A stretch of 45,757 nt of DNA from Coleofasciculus sp. B1-GNL1-01 (lineage in GTDB: Bacteria > Cyanobacteriota > Cyanobacteriia > Cyanobacteriales > Coleofasciculaceae). The DNA lies in NCBI GenBank assembly GCA_040220235.1, contig JAVJTO010000115.1. One strand, given 5' to 3'. Of the stretch, positions 38,860 to 45,757 are shown piece by piece. Under the pieces are notes generated by a model, which searched no databases, was not told where the DNA came from, and saw only the letters and a program-made list of their open reading frames with translations. The stretch's first letter is position 1, and each line of letters starts with the position of its first letter. Position numbers and translations under genes: made by a program.

Positions 38860-38986
38860 TATAGCACTATTTACTAAGGTTAGGACAAATTAAGAAAACT
38901 TAAAATCGCTCAATCCCTTGTCAGGTAAGCTTTTTTCTTCACTATTGCCTATTGCCTATTCCCTATTCCCTAGGGCGTAGCGCTAT
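38860..38986. mobile_element. Possible small MITE
   Basis: Termini TATAGCACTA / TAGCGCTATA with internal ATTGCCT/ATTCCCT heptamers. Confidence 0.4.
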
Positions 38987-39098
38987 ACAAACTCCACCTG
39001 ACCCCGACACCCGAAGAGATGGCTTATATGTATAAAATAAAACCTGTTTTTTGTCAACGACCTAAAGGTACTCGAAAAGCATTACCTAATTTGGTAGA

Positions 39099-42000
39099 GT
39101 GGCGGCTGATGCTTTTGAACATGCCCAGGCTGAGGAGTTAGGAATGAATCAGACACTCAAAAATCGGGGGCAATTGCACGATCAGGCATCACCAACTGAG
39201 ACTCAGAACTTGGCTGTGATCCACTCGTTCCTGAACCAATGGGACGTTGATGCTGATTTGGTATCGGAGTTTTGTCAAGGTTTAGAATGGTATGAATTTG
39301 AACTCGGTGATGACCTATTGAGCGATCGCGCCTCCAGCCAATCCCAGAATTCGGCTCAGTCTCAACTGAACCCGAATGACCTTTATTTAGTATGTCAAGG
39401 TCGGGTGCGGCTACTGGGTTACAATCCCAGCCAAAAACGTTATGTATCGGCGGGGGTACTCGAATCCGGTGAGAGTTTTGGCGCGGATACTCTAGTTGGC
39501 GATCGCACTTTACCCTATCAAGTCCGGGCGGTTAGTTCTGGTCTCGTGGCGCGGATGGCTAAAACCCAACTGCTGCAATGGGTTGAGCGGCTGCCTCTGC
39601 TGCAAGACTCCCTCACCTCAACCATTAGTTACCGCCAACGCCTCCTCTTTCTCAAAACCAATACCGAGTTAGCAGACATTCCCAGCCAGGATCTCCAGCA
39701 ACTCCTTCCTTATTTAGATACCGAACAGATTCGGGCCGGAGAACCCCTCATCCAATCCACCCCACCCGACGCAGGTCGTTTCTGGTTGCGTCACGGTGAC
39801 ATTGCTAGTCAAGGGGATGACAGTTCACCCCCAGATATTGGCGACAGTTGGGGATATCCCCAAACCATCCCAGAGGATTGGATAGCCCAGACGGATTTAT
39901 CGGTCTATCGACTCAGTACCGATCATTGGCAAACCGCTCAATCTATCGCCCCCATCCTCTCTCCAGACACCGAGGATGCAGAAAAATCTGAAAACGGACA
40001 TATCCCACCCGCCGCCAAGAAAAAGGCGGTATTACCCGTCCAGAAAACCCGCAAGGTTACGCCGACTAAATCCCCTAAATCCGAACCCCAAGACCAATCA
40101 GAATCCGAATCCATCACCTTTCCCAAACCCAAACGTCGGATACGGCGGGCATTTTGGCGCGGGTATCCCTTTATCCAACAGCAGAGTAGTTCCGATTGCG
40201 GCGCGGCTTGTCTGGCGATGGTGGGACGCTATTGGGGGAAGCGATTTAGCCTCACCTCCCTGCGGAATCTGGCGGGTGTCGGGCGGACGGGTGCATCTCT
40301 ATCCGCTTTAGCCAAAGCTGCTGATAATCTGGGATTTCAAGCCCGACCCGTACGGGCGTCTTTGAGTCGTTTAGCGGAAATCAAACAGCCCTGGATTGCT
40401 CACTGGGGCGGAAATCACTATGTTGTCGTTTACTGGTGTAAAGGCGATCGCATGCTGGTGGCTGATCCGGCGGTGGGAAAGCGCCAACTCTCTCGCCAAG
40501 CGTTTATTGAAGGTTGGACGGGTTATGCGTTACTCATCGAACCAACCGAACGCCTCAAAGAGGTGGAAAGTCAAAAAATCTCCTTCGGTAAATTTATCAG
40601 CGCCCTGTCCCCCTACCGGATGCTGATTGGGCAAATTATCTTAGCCTCTCTATTAATCCAGCTTTTTGGACTCATTACACCCCTATTTACCCAAATTATT
40701 CTCGACCGGGTGGTAATCCACAAAAGCTTTATCACGCTGCATGTTTTTGCCATTGGTTTACTCTTATTTGGCATTTGGCGTATCGGTATTAGAGCCACCC
40801 GACAGTATCTTTTAGATTATTTTGGCAATCGTATTGATCTAACCCTGATTGGTGGCTTTATTAGCCATACCCTAACCTTACCCCTCTCCTTCTTTGAATC
40901 CCGCCATGTCGGGGATATTATCACCCGTGTGCAGGAAAACCAGAAGTTGCAGCGTTTCCTCACCCGCAAAGCGATTACCGCTTGGTTAGATGCGCTGATG
41001 GCGGTGGTTTATATCGGGTTGATGGCGTATTACAACTGGAAGTTAACCTTAGTCGTCCTAGCAATTATTCCGCCCATTGCCCTATTAACCCTATTCGCCA
41101 GTCCCTTCCTGCGCCGGGTGTCGCGCGAAATCTTTAAGGAAGACGCCGGACAAAACTCGTCACTGGTGGAAATGATGAACGGCGTAGCAACAGTGAAAGC
41201 CAACGCCGCCGAACGGGAGTTACGTTGGCGCTGGGAAGACCGCCTGACCAAGATGCTGAATGCTCGATTTCGCGGTCAGAAACTGGCGAATGGGTTGCAA
41301 TCCACCGGGGGTTTATTTCAAACCTTGGGAAATACGGCATTACTGTGGTATGGTGCAACCTTGGTGATCCAAGACCAACTCACCATTGGTCAGTTTGTAG
41401 CATTTAATATGCTGATTGGGAATGTAATCAGTCCAGTTTTGGCATTAGTGGGACTTTGGGATGAGTTGCAAGAAGTCACCGTATCCGTGGAACGCCTGAA
41501 TGATGTCTTTGAGGCGGAACCGGAAGAAAGTCCCCAACATCCCTTATTAGTGCTTCCCCGACTACAGGGAGAGATTAAGTTTGATAATGTGACGTTCCGT
41601 TATTCCGACCAGCAAGAACGTAATACCTTACAGAATATTTCCTTTGAGGTAGAATCGGGGCAAACTGTGGCGCTTGTGGGTCGCAGTGGTTCGGGAAAGA
41701 CGACGCTAGTCAATCTCCTACAAGGACTTTATCATCCCACCAGTGGGAGAATTTGGTTGGATGGGCATGATTTACGCCATGCGTCGCCCCAGTCGTTACG
41801 GGCGCAGCTAGGGGTGGTTCCCCAAGAGTGTTTCTTGTTTTCGGGAACGATTATGGAAAACATCACCCTTTATGCCGAGGATGTGACCTTAGATCAAGTG
41901 GTGGAGGTGGCGAAACTCGCCGAAGCCCATGCGTTTATTGAGGATATGCCCTTGGGATACCATACCCAAGTGGGAGAACGGGGGGCGAGTCTGTCGGGAG

Positions 42001-42299
42001 GACAACGCCAACGGATTGCGATCGCCCGGGCGCTTTTGGGTGATCCGAGGATTCTGGTGTTGGATGAAGCCACCAGTTCTCTAGATACGGATTCGGAACG
42101 GCGTTTCCAGCAAAATCTGACTCGGATTAGCCGCGATCGCACCACGTTAATTATTGCTCACCGTCTATCCACAGTCCGCCATGCCGACTGCATTTTGGTT
42201 TTAGATAAAGGCATTTTGGTTGAACAGGGGAATCACGACCAACTGATCGACCAAGGAGGACTTTATTATCACCTAGCGCAGCAGCAGCTTGATTTGTAA
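39099..42299 (+). CDS. HetC-like peptidase-containing ABC exporter (cNMP-binding-like + C39 + ABC membrane + NBD)
   Basis: QQSSSDCGAAC, HYVVV, ADPA (C39 Cys/His/Asp intact); Walker A GRSGSGKT, LSGGQRQR, LDEATS; N-terminal LYLVCQGRVRLL..GESFG cNMP-like domain. Start uncertain (GTG 39099 or ATG 39144). Confidence 0.92.
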   Translation: MAADAFEHAQAEELGMNQTLKNRGQLHDQASPTETQNLAVIHSFLNQWDVDADLVSEFCQGLEWYEFELGDDLLSDRASSQSQNSAQSQLNPNDLYLVCQGRVRLLGYNPSQKRYVSAGVLESGESFGADTLVGDRTLPYQVRAVSSGLVARMAKTQLLQWVERLPLLQDSLTSTISYRQRLLFLKTNTELADIPSQDLQQLLPYLDTEQIRAGEPLIQSTPPDAGRFWLRHGDIASQGDDSSPPDIGDSWGYPQTIPEDWIAQTDLSVYRLSTDHWQTAQSIAPILSPDTEDAEKSENGHIPPAAKKKAVLPVQKTRKVTPTKSPKSEPQDQSESESITFPKPKRRIRRAFWRGYPFIQQQSSSDCGAACLAMVGRYWGKRFSLTSLRNLAGVGRTGASLSALAKAADNLGFQARPVRASLSRLAEIKQPWIAHWGGNHYVVVYWCKGDRMLVADPAVGKRQLSRQAFIEGWTGYALLIEPTERLKEVESQKISFGKFISALSPYRMLIGQIILASLLIQLFGLITPLFTQIILDRVVIHKSFITLHVFAIGLLLFGIWRIGIRATRQYLLDYFGNRIDLTLIGGFISHTLTLPLSFFESRHVGDIITRVQENQKLQRFLTRKAITAWLDALMAVVYIGLMAYYNWKLTLVVLAIIPPIALLTLFASPFLRRVSREIFKEDAGQNSSLVEMMNGVATVKANAAERELRWRWEDRLTKMLNARFRGQKLANGLQSTGGLFQTLGNTALLWYGATLVIQDQLTIGQFVAFNMLIGNVISPVLALVGLWDELQEVTVSVERLNDVFEAEPEESPQHPLLVLPRLQGEIKFDNVTFRYSDQQERNTLQNISFEVESGQTVALVGRSGSGKTTLVNLLQGLYHPTSGRIWLDGHDLRHASPQSLRAQLGVVPQECFLFSGTIMENITLYAEDVTLDQVVEVAKLAEAHAFIEDMPLGYHTQVGERGASLSGGQRQRIAIARALLGDPRILVLDEATSSLDTDSERRFQQNLTRISRDRTTLIIAHRLSTVRHADCILVLDKGILVEQGNHDQLIDQGGLYYHLAQQQLDL

Positions 42300-42589
42300 G
42301 TGGGTGGATACCTTTTGTAGAGACGTTCCGCTGGAACGTCTGGAAGCTGGGGGAGATGGGGGAGATGGGGGAGGTTAACTCAAAACTCTACCTTACCTAT
42401 TGCCCATTGCCCATTGCCCATTGCCCATTGCCTATTCCCTGTTCCCTGTTCCCTAACAGATGACAAATGACCAAAAAATATATCCCCCTAAAGGTGAATT
42501 CATTTCGACTTCATAGTCACCTAGTATAAAAAGTGACAGAATGCCAGTGTTTCCCAGTTCGGACTAGGCAACTTGAGTAAAGCCAACTC

Positions 42590-42720
42590 TTTTCTAGAGG
42601 AGCAGCCTAGATCGAACCGTTCAATCAATTTTTTTGCCGAATAAGCATCACGTCTTAGTTGGCGCGTGGGCGACGTTTGGCAAAATTGATCAAGTGGGAA
42701 ATGCTAGAGGAAAGTTAATT
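42590..42720 (+). pseudogene. Degenerate remnant of a second HlyD-family gene
   Basis: Encodes AWATFGKIDQVGNARGKL versus AWATFGKIDQVGYARGQL in the intact HlyD, with divergent synonymous codons. Confidence 0.7.
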
Positions 42721-42937
42721 AAAACTAAATGCACAGCCTTTCATTTTACTTTGTTTTGGGTGAAATGGCAAGAGGAAAATGAAGTTTGTATATTTTTATT
42801 ACAAAAACGACTGTTTGCGTAAAAAGGCACGTTGAAAACAGAGAAAGGATCAGTAGTTCAAAGCTAGAAAGTTATACCTTTATGGCTGGGACTAATGAAA
42901 CATCTCAATCAAAAGTTCTGAGACTCTATAAGGGTGG

Positions 42938-44530
42938 TTGACAATGAAGAAAGATATCATACCAATTCGCTCATTGGGCTTTTCTAAGCCGTTTGCCCCT
43001 GTCCCCGATTCGGTTTTTGACTCAAACAGCAATGACATTCAGAATCTCAGTGGAACTGAATCAGCCTGGATCTGGGGGGGTGTAGCTATCCAGGAAAGAG
43101 ATGCCAAATCCCAGACCCCGGCTCATAGCCCAGATACCTCTGACTCAGGAACCTCACCGACAGCTTCTGCCCATCAGGATCATTGGTCTACATCCTTACA
43201 GGCTGTGCTGGATCAGCCCCCCTCTGCACTTCCCCGTTACCTGATATTAGGTGGAGTAATGTTTTCCTTGGCGTTTGTAGCTTGGGCAACATTCGGAAAA
43301 ATAGATCAAGTCGGTTACGCCAGAGGGCAGTTAGTCCCTAAAGGCGATGTCTATAAAATTCATCCGGTTGCTGCGGGGAAAATTGAGGCAATTCACATTG
43401 AAGAAGGTGAGATAGTTAAAACCGATCAGGTATTAGTGGAACTGGATCACCAAATTGCTCTGGCTGAAGTTAAGCGCCTGGAACAAGAGCAAGCATCCTA
43501 CCAAACGGAATTGAGTCAAATCCAAGCCCTGATTGAAAAAACTCATCTGGAAACGCAAACTCGTGCCGCGATTGCCCAAGCTCAAATAAAGGCTCAAGAA
43601 GCCGCGATCACTCAAGCCAAGGCGCAAGCAAAGGCTCAGGAGGTAATGATCGCTCAGAACCAGGTGAATGCAGCCAACCAACAACAGCTACTGAGTGAAT
43701 TGGAGGATGATGCCACTGCCCAAAAAATTAGACTCCAACGGTTAGAACCCTTGCTGGAAGATGGTGCGATCGCGGCTGAAGTGGTGTTTCAACGGGAGCA
43801 AGCTTTGCGCGATCGCCAGCGCACGATTACCCAAACCGAAGGTGAACTCCAGCAAACCTTAGCTGAATCTCAGCGACTCCAAGCCGAGCAACAGCAAGCT
43901 TTAGCCCAAGCTGAGCAACTCCAAGCGGAATTAACCCAGAAGCAAGCCGAAAAGAATACAGCGCTGCTAACCGTTGAGCACAAAATTAAGGAACTTGAGG
44001 TTCAAAAAACCCAGCTACAAGCCAAAATTGATCAGACAACCAATCTGCTCAATAAAGCTAAAACCCAGTTAAAACAACTCTCCCTCACGACTCCCGTCGA
44101 GGGAGTTGTCTTATCCCTTCACGTCTCCAATGCTGGTGAAGTCGTCCAATCGGGACAAACCATTGCTGAAATTGCTCCCCAAGGGATGCCCCTAGTACTT
44201 TCAGCCAGCTTACCTAACCAAGAAGCCGGTGGGATTAAGACAGGAATGCCCGTGAAAATCAAATTCGATGCTTATCCCTATCAAGATTATGGGGTGATCG
44301 GGGGCAAAGTTACTTTTATCTCCCCAGATACCAAGCCAGATGAGCAACTTGGGGAAGTTTATAAAATCGAAGTGACCCTTGATCGCTCCTCGGTCAGCGC
44401 TAACGGTGAAACTATCCGGTTGAAAGCGGGTCAGACGGGTACGGCTGAAATTATTGTCCGTCACCGCCGCATTGCAGACATCTTGCTCGACCCGATCCGG
44501 CAGTTGCAAGAAGATGGCATTAACTTATAG
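42938..44530 (+). CDS. HlyD family membrane fusion protein (type I secretion adaptor)
   Basis: LDQPP, TM helix, ARGQLVP, long coiled coil, TPVEGVV, DAYPYQDYG, G..GTAEI. Start may be ATG 42944 or further downstream. Confidence 0.93.
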   Translation: MTMKKDIIPIRSLGFSKPFAPVPDSVFDSNSNDIQNLSGTESAWIWGGVAIQERDAKSQTPAHSPDTSDSGTSPTASAHQDHWSTSLQAVLDQPPSALPRYLILGGVMFSLAFVAWATFGKIDQVGYARGQLVPKGDVYKIHPVAAGKIEAIHIEEGEIVKTDQVLVELDHQIALAEVKRLEQEQASYQTELSQIQALIEKTHLETQTRAAIAQAQIKAQEAAITQAKAQAKAQEVMIAQNQVNAANQQQLLSELEDDATAQKIRLQRLEPLLEDGAIAAEVVFQREQALRDRQRTITQTEGELQQTLAESQRLQAEQQQALAQAEQLQAELTQKQAEKNTALLTVEHKIKELEVQKTQLQAKIDQTTNLLNKAKTQLKQLSLTTPVEGVVLSLHVSNAGEVVQSGQTIAEIAPQGMPLVLSASLPNQEAGGIKTGMPVKIKFDAYPYQDYGVIGGKVTFISPDTKPDEQLGEVYKIEVTLDRSSVSANGETIRLKAGQTGTAEIIVRHRRIADILLDPIRQLQEDGINL

Positions 44531-44587
44531 AGCTTCACTGAATGAGACCTGCCTTTGCACTCAAAAGATACTCTGATAGTAAGCATC

Positions 44588-45031
44588 ATGGCACAGCCAA
44601 TTTATTCTTCCAAGACCAGTGGTAACAAAGCGATTGAACCCGATCAACTTAACCCTATCATCGATGCAATCCTTGATGGTAAGTATTCTTGGGCTTGTTA
44701 TTTGCTTCTTCGTTATGCGGGTTACAATCCTGTACATTACCTGCCATACCGGACTTACCGCCGATTGGTCAAAGAAAACGAGCAAGCTTCTCAAGAGGAG
44801 AACGATGCAACCCATGCAAGTCACCCAAATCGCCAGTCTTCTGGAATCAAGTTAAATAGTAAATACTCAGGAAAATCCTTGAGCCAGATTAGTGATCTGC
44901 CTTATCTAGAGGATGTCAGCGAAAAACAAGCGCAGATACGAGGTAGCGGGGCAAACCCAGGATTACTATCCAATTCACTCCAGATGGAATGGGTTCGGTC
45001 TAAAATCCAAGGTTTTCTGAGCTTGAACTGA
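44588..45031 (+). CDS. HetP family protein
   Basis: IIDAILDGKYSWACYLLLRYAGYNPVHYLPYRTY.RL.KEN signature. Confidence 0.9.
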   Translation: MAQPIYSSKTSGNKAIEPDQLNPIIDAILDGKYSWACYLLLRYAGYNPVHYLPYRTYRRLVKENEQASQEENDATHASHPNRQSSGIKLNSKYSGKSLSQISDLPYLEDVSEKQAQIRGSGANPGLLSNSLQMEWVRSKIQGFLSLN

Positions 45032-45072
45032 ATCATTAGCATTCCCGTCAAAGCAATACCTGTCTAATTCTT

Positions 45073-45105
45073 GAAGGCAACTCCTTATCCTCGGGAGTTG
45101 CCTTC
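45073..45105 (+). terminator. Stem-loop after the hetP-like gene
   Basis: 12-bp stem GAAGGCAACTCC / GGAGTTGCCTTC; no strong U-tract. Confidence 0.5.
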
Positions 45106-45342
45106 GTCCATAGTACTGTTACTTTCTCTGTTTGCCTTCTCTTCCTTTGCCTGATACGCCGTAACTGGCTATCAGTCTCAGTCTGAGCTACCTCGATAAA
45201 ACTTCATAAAACTTTACACAACTCTGCCAAAATGGCAGCCGCTCACCAGGGATTAACATTACTATTAAATTCACAACCAAAAAAAAGACAGAAAGCTGGT
45301 TGTAAAAATACCATCACTTAGATACTTAAGGAGATCCATCTC

Positions 45343-45570
45343 ATGATTATTTCGGATTTAGAACACTTGGAATTTGTTGGTGAAGCCAACAAGATTGAAG
45401 GTGGAGATGCCTTTAGTGAATCGGATGCTTTTGCTTCGGCATCAGCCTTCGGTCAGTTCTTCTCCGCTACCGACACCTTCACGTCTACATTTACAAGAGC
45501 TAGCTCTTCCTTCTTTGGCTCTACTTCCTCTTCTTCTGCCAGTTATAGCTCAGACAAGGCAGCGTTTTAA
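45343..45570 (+). CDS. Double-glycine-leader secreted peptide precursor 1 (Ser/Ala/Phe/Thr-rich core)
   Basis: Leader MIISDLEHLEFVGEANKIEGG, RBS AAGGAG, located next to the C39 exporter. Confidence 0.82.
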   Translation: MIISDLEHLEFVGEANKIEGGDAFSESDAFASASAFGQFFSATDTFTSTFTRASSSFFGSTSSSSASYSSDKAAF

Positions 45571-45645
45571 TTTCAGCATCTCATCCAAAAGCTAGACTTG
45601 AAAAAGTTCAAAAATATTTGTTCTGAATTGACACAGGGAGTTCCC

Positions 45646-45757
45646 ATGATTATTGCTGATTTAGATTATTTGGCAGACGTTTGTGAAGCCAACAAGATTG
45701 AAGGTGGAGATGCCTTTAGTGAATCGGATGCTTTTGCTTCGGCATTTGCGAACGGTC
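45646..45757 (+). CDS. Double-glycine precursor 2 (truncated by the window end; not in the ORF track)
   Basis: MIIADLDYLADVCEANKIEGG|DAFSESDAFASAFANG..., RBS AGGGAG; 63 bp identical to precursor 1. Confidence 0.82.
   Translation, partial: MIIADLDYLADVCEANKIEGGDAFSESDAFASAFANG

Noticed and set aside
420..44855. Numerous 60-160 aa ORFs antisense to or overlapping confident genes (e.g. 420-809, 8821-9279, 23306-23785, 44619-44855)
   Set aside because: Shadow ORFs with no recognisable motifs.
39099..45031. hetC/hetP homologs as evidence of heterocyst formation
   Set aside because: These families also occur in non-heterocystous cyanobacteria; orthology cannot be established from sequence alone, so no gene symbols were assigned.

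Overview
This is a cyanobacterial chromosome segment, judged from frequent HIP1 GCGATCGC octamers, sasA, desB and an OCP C-terminal-domain homolog. The dense TGACAAA/TGACCAA and GTAG-type repeats suggest a filamentous Coleofasciculus-like host (inference). The core backbone carries queG, an RsbU/RsbW-like pair, a DUF3769/LptD-like gene, glgP, yjbQ, purQS, zur, a GH57 gene, sasA, a HisRS-like gene with long-form hisG, fibrillin, desB, ilvA, proB, yqeG, mltG and DUF3727. Accessory content: (i) a tnpA-less IS200/IS605 element with intact TnpB inserted in the end of a DUF4058 gene; (ii) a GST gene split by a 99-bp TA-targeting MITE; (iii) a plastic region around ilvA with two copies of a UPF0175/DUF3368 toxin-antitoxin pair, a duplicated ilvA 3' end, and an AT-rich three-gene cassette encoding a two-core graspetide precursor, an ATP-grasp ligase and a 3-TM membrane protein resembling phage-defence effectors; (iv) at the right end, a HetC-like C39 peptidase ABC exporter, HlyD, a HetP-like protein and tandem double-glycine Ser/Ala/Phe/Thr-rich precursors running off the window. 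No CRISPR array, tRNA or rRNA was found. All calls come from reading the sequence; no database search was run.
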